DNA of 64,000 bases from assembly GCA_041659245.1 (NCBI GenBank), contig JBAZYQ010000001.1, positions 4,912-68,911 of the forward strand, written 5' to 3'. The DNA is from Candidatus Nanoarchaeia archaeon. GTDB taxonomy: Archaea > Nanobdellota > Nanobdellia > SCGC-AAA011-G17 > GW2011-AR17. Position numbers and translations under genes: made by a program. The notes under the pieces were generated by a model. The model was not told the origin of the DNA and searched no databases. It saw only the letters and a program-made list of their open reading frames with translations. Of the stretch, positions 1 through 9,448 are shown piece by piece (position 1 is the first letter of the stretch; each line of letters begins with the position of its first letter).

Positions 1-434
1 TCATTGCAAAATGGATTGGTGGAGAATTTTACAGGAAACTAGTATTTATTTGGGGTTATGGCAAGAATGCAAAAAAGCATAATAGGGAATTAAAATGGCT
101 ATACAAGGCATTTGGGGAAAGGCTATGGATAACTACTTTTTCAGAAGCATGCGAATATTTTGATTTAAGGAAAAAAAGCAAAATAGACATTAAACAGCAA
201 AAAGATAAGATTATCATAACTATAGATAGCAGGGATAGCTTATCTTGGGATGGCAGGGCAATGCCTGTTTCATTAAAACTAAAAGGCATTGCAAGTGTCA
301 AAAATTGCAGCTTACTGAAAGGCACCAAAAAAATTAGGATAAATTCGTTTAGGGCGCTCTCTAACGGCGATATTATAATTGATGATGTAATACTAAAACC
401 TAATGCTATTACTAGATATGAATTTGGGTTCTAA
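1..434 (+). CDS. 5'-truncated CDS (C-terminal ~143 aa) of a hypothetical protein
   Basis: Frame 3 is open from the window edge to TAA at 432-434 (…WDGRAMPVSLKLKGIASVK…YEFGF*). No recognisable motif. Confidence 0.35.
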   Translation, partial: IAKWIGGEFYRKLVFIWGYGKNAKKHNRELKWLYKAFGERLWITTFSEACEYFDLRKKSKIDIKQQKDKIIITIDSRDSLSWDGRAMPVSLKLKGIASVKNCSLLKGTKKIRINSFRALSNGDIIIDDVILKPNAITRYEFGF

Positions 435-503
435 ATGAATATGTCCCTGAATTAAATCTATAACTCCTAAAAATTTATAAAGGATATCTTTCTCGTTATC
501 TTT

Positions 504-1448
504 ATGAAAAACATATTGGTTACAGGCGGAGCCGGCTTTATAGGCAGTCATCTCTGCGAGACGCTTGTGAATAAGGGGCACAATGTTGTTTGCATGGACA
601 ATTTAAGCACGGGCAATAAGAATAATATTTCCCATTTGCATGAAAACTTTAAGTTTGTAAAAGGCGATGCAAATTCAATCGAGGATTTAAAGCCTTTATT
701 TGCTGAAAATAGGTTTAATTCTGTTTTTCATTATGCTGCTCTTGTTGGTGTTGAAAGAACTCTGAAACATCCGCTTGCTGTTCTTAATGATGTTAACGGC
801 ATACAGCATATTCTCAGATTAGCAAAGGAGAATGGCACAAAAGAAGTAATCTATTCATCTTCATCTGAAGTTTACGGGGAGCCCGTTGAAATCCCTGAGA
901 TTGAAGATGGGCATCTGAATGCAAAGCTGCCTTATGCTGTAACAAAGTTAATGGGCGAAAAGCTTATGAGGGCTTATTATGAAGAATTTGGCTTAAAAAC
1001 AGTCTCGTTAAGATTCTTTAATGTATATGGTCCAAAACAGGATTCAAGTCCATATGGATTTGTTGTCGGCATTTTTATAAAACAATTGCTTGAAGGCAAA
1101 AACCCTACCATATTTGGTGATGGCACGCAAACAAGAGATTTTGTTTATATACAAGATAACATCAATGCCGCCTTAAAAGCCATGGATAGCCCCAAATGCG
1201 CAGGGGAATCCATAAATATAGGAAGCGGAAAATCAATAACAATCCTTGAATTGGCAAATACATTGGCAAATATGATTAACAGTAAAATTAAACCTAAATT
1301 TATTGGTACTAACAGGATAGATATCAAGCACAGGCGTCCTAATGTCTCAAAGATGCAATCTCTTTTGGGATTTTATCCGGAATATAAGCTTGAACAAGGG
1401 CTTGCGAAGACAATAGAGTGGTATAAAGAGAAGGGTAATGCTAAATAA
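504..1448 (+). CDS. NAD-dependent epimerase/dehydratase (extended SDR), UDP-glucuronate decarboxylase / UDP-sugar 4-epimerase-like
   Basis: N-terminal TGGAGFIGSH Rossmann motif, DNLSTG, SSSSEVYG, YxxxK (YAVTK) catalytic motif, NVYGP; 314 aa. Confidence 0.8.
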   Translation: MKNILVTGGAGFIGSHLCETLVNKGHNVVCMDNLSTGNKNNISHLHENFKFVKGDANSIEDLKPLFAENRFNSVFHYAALVGVERTLKHPLAVLNDVNGIQHILRLAKENGTKEVIYSSSSEVYGEPVEIPEIEDGHLNAKLPYAVTKLMGEKLMRAYYEEFGLKTVSLRFFNVYGPKQDSSPYGFVVGIFIKQLLEGKNPTIFGDGTQTRDFVYIQDNINAALKAMDSPKCAGESINIGSGKSITILELANTLANMINSKIKPKFIGTNRIDIKHRRPNVSKMQSLLGFYPEYKLEQGLAKTIEWYKEKGNAK

Positions 1449-1573
1449 GTCTAATATTCTTTTTATTAAACATTCTGTTTCTTTTATTGATGGTTAGGAG
1501 AGAGCCCACCCTTATTGATAACATTTAAATACCTATCTTTTAATTCTTAAAACTTAAAGTGGTATCTAAAGAT

Positions 1574-2272
1574 ATGATTGTAAATGTTTGCAATGCGAAT
1601 AAAGAATTAAAGAATTTAGGGCTAGTTATTTTTACTTGGGGCAATGTCAGCGCAATAGATAGGGCCAGAGGAGAAGTAGCTATAAAGCCAAGCGGAGTTC
1701 CATACGATAAACTGCAACCGGAGGATATTGTTGTTGTAGATTTAGACGGTAGAATAATTTCTGGTTCTAAAAAACCCAGTTCAGACACACTAGCTCATTT
1801 GGAGTTGTATAGGCGATTTAAAGGGGTTGGTTCTATTGTACATACCCATTCCGTATATGCCTCTGCTTTTGCTCAGGCAAGAATGCCAATCGCTTGCATG
1901 GGGACAACTCATGCAGATTATTTTTCGGGTCCTGTTCCTGTAACCAGGCTTATGACGAAAGAAGAAGTAACAAAAGATTATGAATTAAATACAGGAAAGC
2001 TGATAGTGGAACATTTTCTGGAAAACAAGCTGGATCCTATGATTATGCCTGCCTGTTTGGTTGCTGGTCACGCACCATTTATATGGGGCAATAGCCCGGC
2101 AGAGGCGGTTCATAATGCAAAAGTATTAGAAACTGTCGCTCAAATGAATCTTTTAACATTGCAGTTAAATTCTAATATAACTGATTTGCCCTCTTTTTTA
2201 TTGGAAAAGCATTATATGCGTAAACATGGCCCTACTGCATATTATGGGCAAAAAAGAGCAAAAAATGACTAA
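1574..2272 (+). CDS. Class II aldolase/adducin-family protein (L-ribulose-5-phosphate 4-epimerase / L-fuculose-phosphate aldolase-like)
   Basis: TWGNVS and HTHSVYASAF motifs typical of the AraD/FucA fold. ATG at 1574; the track's 1559 start is GTG. Stop overlaps the next gene's start. Confidence 0.7.
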   Translation: MIVNVCNANKELKNLGLVIFTWGNVSAIDRARGEVAIKPSGVPYDKLQPEDIVVVDLDGRIISGSKKPSSDTLAHLELYRRFKGVGSIVHTHSVYASAFAQARMPIACMGTTHADYFSGPVPVTRLMTKEEVTKDYELNTGKLIVEHFLENKLDPMIMPACLVAGHAPFIWGNSPAEAVHNAKVLETVAQMNLLTLQLNSNITDLPSFLLEKHYMRKHGPTAYYGQKRAKND

Positions 2273-3101
2273 TCTTATCCCCATGGCTGGTATTGGAAGC
2301 CGTTTTTTAGAAAAAGGATTTACTTTACCTAAACCTTTAATTCCTGTTTTGGGGCTGCCAATGCTCATAAAGGTAATAAGGGATTTGCCCCCTTCTGACA
2401 AATGGATATTCTTAGTGAGAAAGGAGCATATTGATGAGTACCAGATTGATGCCGTAATAAATCATGAGTTACCTGATGCAATTATTATTCCTGTAGCAGA
2501 AACGACTGAAGGGCAAGCATGTACCTGTTTATTGGCGAAAGAGCATATCAACATGGCGGAGCCGCTTTTTATTGCTGCCTGTGACAGCGGTTTTTTATAT
2601 GATCATGAAAAATTTGAAGAATTTAAAAAAGACAAAAATATAGATGCAGTTTTTTTTACTTTTTCAAAACAGAACATTCTGAGAGTCAATCCTTCTGCAT
2701 GGGGCTGGTGTATATTAAATAATGATGGCAAGACAATTAAGAGTATGTCGATAAAAATTCCTATTTCTAAGGATCCTTACTATGATCATGCAATTACAGC
2801 CTCTTTCTTCTTTAAAAAGGCGCAGGACTTTTTTGATGCTGTTTCACTTATGATCAACGAGGATTATAGAATTAACAATGAATTTTACGTTGATTCGGTG
2901 CCAATATTCCTTAATAGAATGGGCAAAAAGACAGCCATATTCGATGTGGACCTTTTTGTAAGCTGGGGCACTCCTAATCAGTTATTTGATTTTCAGAAGG
3001 TATCTTATTTTGTTGCAAATAATCTCAGTCCAAAACTGTTGCCAGAAGAGTATAAGCCTCTTTTTAAATTATGGAAAAAATATATTAAAGGAGTATCATG
3101 A
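2265..3101 (+). CDS. Sugar-phosphate nucleotidyltransferase (NTP_transferase family)
   Basis: MAGIGSRF…LPKPL N-terminal signature of sugar-1-P nucleotidyltransferases. ATG at 2265 overlaps the upstream stop (ATGACTAA). Confidence 0.6.
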   Translation: MTNLIPMAGIGSRFLEKGFTLPKPLIPVLGLPMLIKVIRDLPPSDKWIFLVRKEHIDEYQIDAVINHELPDAIIIPVAETTEGQACTCLLAKEHINMAEPLFIAACDSGFLYDHEKFEEFKKDKNIDAVFFTFSKQNILRVNPSAWGWCILNNDGKTIKSMSIKIPISKDPYYDHAITASFFFKKAQDFFDAVSLMINEDYRINNEFYVDSVPIFLNRMGKKTAIFDVDLFVSWGTPNQLFDFQKVSYFVANNLSPKLLPEEYKPLFKLWKKYIKGVS

Positions 3102-3829
3102 CTGTTTTATTATCTATTGTTGTGCCTTGTTATAATGAAGGAAAAAATATTCCTTTTTTAGTTAAAAGATTCTTAGAAGCGAAAAAAGACAATACTTCTT
3201 CTCAATTGGTGATGGTCAATAATGGCTCAACAGATAATTCTCTTCGCTTAATGCGGCAGTTTGCCGCGAAATATAGCTCAATAAATATTGTTAATATAAA
3301 ATACAATAAAGGATATGGACACGGCATATGGTCTGGAATATCCAAGGCTTCAGGGAAATTTATAGCCTGGACACATGCTGACCTTCAAACAGATATCAAA
3401 GATGCGTTTGTTGCTTATGACCTAATAAAACATAAGATAGATAATAAAACCTGTTTTGTAAAAGGGAAAAGAAAAAAGAGGGCTTTTTTTGATTCTTTTT
3501 TCTCTTATGCAATGTCAATTTTTGAATCAATTGTATTTGGAAGGATAGTTTATGATATAAATGCCCAACCTAACTTATTTCATAGGGAATTTCTTAAACA
3601 AGTACATAATCCTCCACTTGATTTTTCTTTTGACTTGTTTATATATTTAACAGCCTTATATTCAAAACAGAAGATTATACGGTTTCCTGTGGACTTTCCT
3701 GAAAGAATCCATGGGCAATCCCATTGGAATACGGGCATAAGGGACAAGTATAAGTTTATTAAACGGACTATCTCTTTTACATGGGAATTAAAGAGGAGAA
3801 TGAGGAAAAATGATAATAGCCGCACATAG
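3098..3829 (+). CDS. GT2-family glycosyltransferase (polyprenol-phosphate sugar synthase-like)
   Basis: LSIVVPCYNEGKNI…VMVNNGSTDNS…HADLQTD: GT-A fold with DxD-type motifs. ATGA start/stop overlap with the upstream gene. Confidence 0.8.
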   Translation: MTVLLSIVVPCYNEGKNIPFLVKRFLEAKKDNTSSQLVMVNNGSTDNSLRLMRQFAAKYSSINIVNIKYNKGYGHGIWSGISKASGKFIAWTHADLQTDIKDAFVAYDLIKHKIDNKTCFVKGKRKKRAFFDSFFSYAMSIFESIVFGRIVYDINAQPNLFHREFLKQVHNPPLDFSFDLFIYLTALYSKQKIIRFPVDFPERIHGQSHWNTGIRDKYKFIKRTISFTWELKRRMRKNDNSRT

Positions 3830-4421
3830 GGTAAATACAGTGGACATGCTGAAAAAAGTTCCTGTTGAGTATGGTGTTGAAGTGGATGTAAGGGTTGCGG
3901 GTAAAGAACTAATATTGAATCATGAGCCTTATATTGGTGGAGAGCTCTTGAAAGAATTCTTGAGCAACTATCGTCATAGTTTTATCATATTTAATATCAA
4001 GGAGGCCGGCATTGAATCCGACGTTATTAAATTAGCGCAGGACTATAATATAGAAGATTACTTTCTCCTTGATGTAGAATACCCTTTTATTTATCGTGCA
4101 ACAAGAAAAGACATATTCAAAAAGATAGCAGTGAGATTTTCTGAAGCAGAGCCTATTGAATTTGCTTTGGCGCATAAGGGTATGGTCGATTGGGTGTGGG
4201 TGGATACTAATACTATCCTGTCTTTAAATGCAGATGTTTATGCAAGGCTCCATAAAGCTGGTTTTAAAATTGCTTTGGTTTCACCGGATAGGTGGGGCAG
4301 ACCTGAAGATATTTTAAAATATAAAGCTTATTTGACAAAAGAGAAAATTCCAGTTGATTTAGTCATGGTAGATTTGCAATTGGCTCCAAAATGGCTGGAT
4401 TGCAAAGTGCAAGATGATTAG
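3810..4421 (+). CDS. Glycerophosphodiester phosphodiesterase (GDPD)-like protein, divergent
   Basis: IAAHRVNT…VEVDVRV…LNHE resembles the GDPD HR…ExD…HD layout. Weak call. Confidence 0.35.
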   Translation: MIIAAHRVNTVDMLKKVPVEYGVEVDVRVAGKELILNHEPYIGGELLKEFLSNYRHSFIIFNIKEAGIESDVIKLAQDYNIEDYFLLDVEYPFIYRATRKDIFKKIAVRFSEAEPIEFALAHKGMVDWVWVDTNTILSLNADVYARLHKAGFKIALVSPDRWGRPEDILKYKAYLTKEKIPVDLVMVDLQLAPKWLDCKVQDD

Positions 4422-7338
4422 GGAAATACTAAGAGACAGGAAAAACGTTCTATTTAGGTTTGTTACAGTGGGTTCTTTATCCACTATTATCAATGTTCTG
4501 GTTTTTATAATACTAATCCAATTGTTGGATCTGCATTATATTCTGTCCGCTTCAATAAGCTATATATGCGGATTTTGTTTGGGATTTATATTAAATACAA
4601 AGTTTTTGGCTGAATTTCAAAGATTTGAAATAAGAAAATATCTTATCGTATACAGCATTTCTCTCCTCATTCAATTATTATTTATGTTTTCAATGGTAAT
4701 AATGGGTCTCGAGGTATTTATTGCCTTTTTAGTGTCTTTGTTTTTGGGTTCTTTAACAAATTTTCTCGGGATAAAATATTTTGTCTTTGCCAAAACCGCA
4801 TTCATCAAGAAAATAAATTATCTTGTATTCAGGTTCAGATATTTTATTATCTATGTTGTAATTGGCTTAACCTCCATATTGGTGGAGCTGCTTGTAATTG
4901 CCTCCATTGAGAATCTTTTTTCAACTCTATACCTAAAACTTTTCCTTGGATTTATGGTAGGTATGATTTTTAGCTTTGTCCTAAACTTAAAACTGAATTT
5001 TGACATTCCAAAAGAAAAGAGCCTTAGGACCTTCAGATTGTTTGTTTTTATCTCTTTTTGTGCATTTATAATTAATCTATTGCTGATAAAACAAGTATTC
5101 CCTTTATTTGGCTTTGCTAATTATAATTATATTCCTTTAAGATTTATTAGTGCAGGCCTTCTGTTTATGATAACTTATACTCTCCACAGGAGATTTACAT
5201 TTAGGGATGTCAAGCAGGTAGGTATTGCTATTTATTTATCTGATTCTGAGGATATTGGTCTTATATATTCGAAGGTATCAATATACCCTGATTTTTTGCA
5301 TATAGATCTTGTTGATAAGACTTTTAATAAAAATGCGGCAGAAATAGATGTAACAAAGGGTGCAGACATAAATCAGTATTGGCCTTATACAAAAAAGATG
5401 ACTCATATTATGTCAAGGACACCATCCCATTGGATTGATAAGGTGGCTTATTTTAGCGATTATATTATAATCCATTCGGAAATAGATGAAGATGTAGGAA
5501 AATTGATAGCACAAATAAAATCTAGGGGTAAGAAGGCTGGCATTTCTATTATGTACAAAACACCAATTGCGTCAATAATGCCTTTCTTAAAAGAAGTGGA
5601 CTTAGTTCAAATCCTTGCAATAGAAAAACCGGGTTTTTCAAATCAGCATCTGCAGAAAAAGGCGCTGACTAGGCTGCATCAATTGACATTATTAAGAGAT
5701 AAATATAATTTTGAAATCTGTTTTGATGGGGGTTTAAAGCCGACAAATATTCATAAGATTAATGCCAAGTATATTGTTTCCGGTTCTGCAGTATTAAACT
5801 CAAAAAATGTAATTGAAACTATCCACACCATGAAAACAAGCGGGCGTTATTATTTTAATAAGGATGAGGACCTGAAGGCATTTCTGGCGAAATCTATACT
5901 CGATACTCTTAATGCGATAGAATTTGTGAAATCAGGGACTATTGTCGGCTCGTTTGTGGATAAGCCAGGTATTGAAGGGTTAAGTGATGTCGATATAGTT
6001 GTTATTGTGGATAAATTGAACAAATCTAAGTTTGAGCATATTTTAACAAGATTTAAGGAGCTAAAACCAGTAATTGAATTAAATTTTGACAAAAAAGTTT
6101 TAATCAATACATGCTTTGGTCCGCTTAAATTCAATGTTGGAGACAATATTGTTCTCCATTTAATGGTATATGATATTGAAGGACACAAGCTGCATTGCCT
6201 AATGAGCCCTTTTACATGCTATGATTGGCAAAGGTCTGATACTTTTGTAAAAAAGCACATGAGCGAATTGTACGCAATTTGCGGGCTTAGCGTATCTGAC
6301 TTCTTTAATTCCAGGAGAAGCATAAATGATTACATTAAGGATATTGAGGCCAGGCGGATTTCTTATAGGAAATATACTTTTGATGATAATGGGGCTTTAA
6401 GCGAGAAAATTAAATATAAAACTATGAATAATAAGGATATTTTTGAATTTAGTTACCATGTTATGAACTTCCTGATGCGAAATTTTTCGAAGCTTTATTT
6501 CCAAATAAATAAAAATTGGTCTTTTGAGGAAATAATCACTAATTACAGCTTATTATTTAACGAGACGTCGAGTCTCAAATTTTTTAAAAAATTGAAAAAA
6601 TATAAATCTACCAATAGTTTTCCAAAATGGAATAAAAAGCATGAGGCCCAGTTACAGGCATTTTTGCTGCATTTTAAGAAAGGATTTGAATCGATATTCT
6701 TTTTGCATGCAAAACATCTGTTTTTTATCAGGCATCAGCAGTCTTTGTTAAATAAACAAGGATATTTTATCGGACAAAAACTCAATCCCTCTATAACCTC
6801 TATTAATAATTCGCTTTTAATCCCCTTTTCAGATATGAGCATAGAGAAAATTATCTCTTCGCCTGCTGAAAGATGTATTCAAACAGCAGACGCCATTAAA
6901 AAATATACACATCTGCAATTTTCTATTGATGTAGATAAGAATTTACAGGAGATAGATTATGGGTCTGTAGAAGGGGAGGATATTAATTTTCTAAAGAAAC
7001 ATTATCCGGACATTGTAAATGCATGGGCCAATAAGGAAGACCCCTGCTTTCCTGGAGGAGAAAATTATGTTGCTCTTTGCAGAAGGCTAGATGCTTTCAT
7101 TAAAAATTTAAACACAATTCCTCAAAAGAGAATATTGGTATGTACGCATAATGTTTTTTTACGCTGTTTAATTGGCACTATTTGGCAGATACCAGCCCAC
7201 AAATGGCATTTAATAGAAATACCTTTTCTAGAGCCCATTCAAGTTTCCCTTGGTAAAAATGGAAAATGCTTTCTTGATCTCTCAGATGGACAAAAGGAAA
7301 GATATTTAAAGAAGCTTTTTTTATATAATAAGGAGTAA
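4414..7338 (+). CDS. Multidomain fusion: tandem GtrA-like 4-TM domains + ribulose-phosphate 3-epimerase-like TIM barrel + Pol-beta-type nucleotidyltransferase + histidine phosphatase (PGAM-like) domain
   Basis: N-terminal RFxxVG GtrA-like segments, twice. RPE-like blocks: FLHIDLVDKTF, IIIHSEI, ILAIEKPGFSNQ, ICFDGGL, IVSGSAV. NTase: GSFVDKPGIEGLSDVDIVVIV. C-terminal histidine-phosphatase-like FFIRHQQS…SSPAERCIQTA…VCTHNVFLRCL. Confidence 0.7.
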   Translation: MIREILRDRKNVLFRFVTVGSLSTIINVLVFIILIQLLDLHYILSASISYICGFCLGFILNTKFLAEFQRFEIRKYLIVYSISLLIQLLFMFSMVIMGLEVFIAFLVSLFLGSLTNFLGIKYFVFAKTAFIKKINYLVFRFRYFIIYVVIGLTSILVELLVIASIENLFSTLYLKLFLGFMVGMIFSFVLNLKLNFDIPKEKSLRTFRLFVFISFCAFIINLLLIKQVFPLFGFANYNYIPLRFISAGLLFMITYTLHRRFTFRDVKQVGIAIYLSDSEDIGLIYSKVSIYPDFLHIDLVDKTFNKNAAEIDVTKGADINQYWPYTKKMTHIMSRTPSHWIDKVAYFSDYIIIHSEIDEDVGKLIAQIKSRGKKAGISIMYKTPIASIMPFLKEVDLVQILAIEKPGFSNQHLQKKALTRLHQLTLLRDKYNFEICFDGGLKPTNIHKINAKYIVSGSAVLNSKNVIETIHTMKTSGRYYFNKDEDLKAFLAKSILDTLNAIEFVKSGTIVGSFVDKPGIEGLSDVDIVVIVDKLNKSKFEHILTRFKELKPVIELNFDKKVLINTCFGPLKFNVGDNIVLHLMVYDIEGHKLHCLMSPFTCYDWQRSDTFVKKHMSELYAICGLSVSDFFNSRRSINDYIKDIEARRISYRKYTFDDNGALSEKIKYKTMNNKDIFEFSYHVMNFLMRNFSKLYFQINKNWSFEEIITNYSLLFNETSSLKFFKKLKKYKSTNSFPKWNKKHEAQLQAFLLHFKKGFESIFFLHAKHLFFIRHQQSLLNKQGYFIGQKLNPSITSINNSLLIPFSDMSIEKIISSPAERCIQTADAIKKYTHLQFSIDVDKNLQEIDYGSVEGEDINFLKKHYPDIVNAWANKEDPCFPGGENYVALCRRLDAFIKNLNTIPQKRILVCTHNVFLRCLIGTIWQIPAHKWHLIEIPFLEPIQVSLGKNGKCFLDLSDGQKERYLKKLFLYNKE

Positions 7339-7344
7339 ATTCAA

Positions 7345-8793
7345 ATGGTAAAAATATTATTCTTGCAGCAGATATGGTTTCCTTTTCAGGGAGTCATGAC
7401 TTTATCGGCGGCATTAAAGCGGGCAGGACACGAAACTGCAGTTGCAGTCGGAAAAGACGAGAGACTTTTTAAAGAGATTTACGAATTTAAACCAGATATA
7501 ATTGCGTTTCCGGTTATTACCTCTTATAGAAGATTTATGATAGAAACTGTTAAAAAAATAAAGGCTAAGAATATTAAGGCTTTAATTGCAATTGGGGGAT
7601 ATGATGCCTCTTTTTTCCCGCAAATAATAGAGAAACTACCGATTAATGTTTTATGTATTGGAGAAGGAGACGATGCTTTTGTGGAATTTGCGAATGCAGT
7701 GAAAGAGGGGAAGGACTATTCCCATATTAAAAATTTATGGGTTAAGCATAACGGAAAAATTATTAAGAATCCGATAAGGTCTTTTAAAGACCTGAAGAAT
7801 AAGCCCTTCGACGACAGAGATATTTATAGGGATTATGACTCTTATTTTAAAGATATTGAATTTGAGCAAGTGATGGTTGGCAGGGGTTGCCCTTATTGCT
7901 GCTCTTATTGTTTTAATCATAAGTATAGGGAACTTTATGCACCTGTTGATAAGCAATATTGTGCTTTGAGGGATGTTGATAATGTCATAGAAGAATGCTT
8001 AATACTTAAAAATAAATATAAGGTTAAGAATTTATTCTTTAATGATAGTACTCTTGGTTATGATAAAAAATGGATATTAAAATTTCTTAAGGAATATCGG
8101 GAAAGGGTAAATATGCCTTTTTCTATTAATGCTTGTGCAAATGAGCTTACCGAAGATGTATGTAAGGCATTAGCTGATACAAAACAGTGCTATATTATAC
8201 GCTTGGGGCTTGAAACAGGAAATGAAGACCTCAGATTTAATGTTTTAAACAAGAAGATGACAAATAAACAATATATGGACGCAACTAACCTTTTGAAAAA
8301 ATATAAGCTTAAATATTCTATGGCTGTCATGTTTGGGCTTCCGGGAGAAACATTGGCAAATTCTTTTGAAACTCTGGATTTAGCTATTAAACTATCAGAT
8401 AAGAATACTGTTGTTGCTGTGAATATCTTTAAGCCATTTCCCAAACTGAATATAACCGAATATGGGGTTAAGCATGGGTTTTATAAATCTGAACTAATAA
8501 ATGATTCAAACTTGATAGGTGATAATGTTATGAATTTTTTTGAATGTTTTAGGCAAGATGAAGAAGGCAGGGTAATTTTGAATTTATCCAGATTATCCCA
8601 GATATATTTGCATTTCCCTATTCTAAGAAAACTAATCCGGACAAAATTAATATATCGGTCGGATAATGCGATTTATAGGGCAATATGGAAATTTAGCGAT
8701 TATTATTACACAAGCAGGCATCATATTAATGCGTCGCTGCCTTTCTTATTTAAGTATGTATTTAAGCATATGGGTAAAGGGGTAAGGGGATAA
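7345..8793 (+). CDS. Cobalamin-binding (class B) radical SAM enzyme, subfamily 1
   Basis: N-terminal B12-binding-like Rossmann segment (MVKILFLQ…IAFPVITS…IAIGG), then radical SAM cysteine motif RGCPYCCSYC (CxxxCxxC). Paralog of 34555..36090. Confidence 0.85.
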   Translation: MVKILFLQQIWFPFQGVMTLSAALKRAGHETAVAVGKDERLFKEIYEFKPDIIAFPVITSYRRFMIETVKKIKAKNIKALIAIGGYDASFFPQIIEKLPINVLCIGEGDDAFVEFANAVKEGKDYSHIKNLWVKHNGKIIKNPIRSFKDLKNKPFDDRDIYRDYDSYFKDIEFEQVMVGRGCPYCCSYCFNHKYRELYAPVDKQYCALRDVDNVIEECLILKNKYKVKNLFFNDSTLGYDKKWILKFLKEYRERVNMPFSINACANELTEDVCKALADTKQCYIIRLGLETGNEDLRFNVLNKKMTNKQYMDATNLLKKYKLKYSMAVMFGLPGETLANSFETLDLAIKLSDKNTVVAVNIFKPFPKLNITEYGVKHGFYKSELINDSNLIGDNVMNFFECFRQDEEGRVILNLSRLSQIYLHFPILRKLIRTKLIYRSDNAIYRAIWKFSDYYYTSRHHINASLPFLFKYVFKHMGKGVRG

Positions 8794-8824
8794 TCTTAAA
8801 TATAGTAATTGGCTTAATTAGGCT

Positions 8825-9445
8825 ATGGAATATGTTTTTGCCCTTAAACCGGAACCTTGTCTATATAATAAAATAAGAATATTGAAAACTTCTTTAAAAA
8901 AGCAAATGGGAAATCAGTTGTATATCAATGACGAACCGCATGTTACTCTCTGCGTATTGGATTTAGGCGATGATATATCTTTTAAAGATAAGCTCGACTT
9001 TATAATCGGTTCTTTTCGTTCTAAATTTAAAAAAATAAGATTTTCGATAAATGCATGGTCTATTTTTTCTGAGGATCCAGTTACTTCTTGTTCAACTTTA
9101 GTTTGTCGGCTCAATATGCCCGGCAATGTCCTGAATAATCTTCAATCTAAATTATTAAAGGAATTACAACTTTTTCGTACAAAAGACATTGCTTTGCGTT
9201 ATATAAAAGTTAAATTCAAAAATAAAGAATTCAATAACTGCTTGCAGCAATATGGGTATCCATTTATGGGCATGATATGGATACCGCATATAAGTATTGG
9301 CTCATTTGATAAAAAAGCCATTAATAAGGCAATTGAAAAAACAGAAAATAAGTGTCCTATTGGCCTCTATTCTTTTCAATCATTGATTGTTTATAAGCTG
9401 CTTCCATCTGATAAATTAGTTCCGCTATATAAATACCCTTTTTAG
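8825..9445 (+). CDS. 2H phosphoesterase superfamily protein (LigT / cyclic phosphodiesterase-like)
   Basis: Two H-x-T/S-x motifs in hydrophobic context: EPHVTLCVL and IPHISIGSF, about 105 aa apart, in a 206-aa protein. Confidence 0.5.
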   Translation: MEYVFALKPEPCLYNKIRILKTSLKKQMGNQLYINDEPHVTLCVLDLGDDISFKDKLDFIIGSFRSKFKKIRFSINAWSIFSEDPVTSCSTLVCRLNMPGNVLNNLQSKLLKELQLFRTKDIALRYIKVKFKNKEFNNCLQQYGYPFMGMIWIPHISIGSFDKKAINKAIEKTENKCPIGLYSFQSLIVYKLLPSDKLVPLYKYPF

Positions 9446-9448
9446 ATA

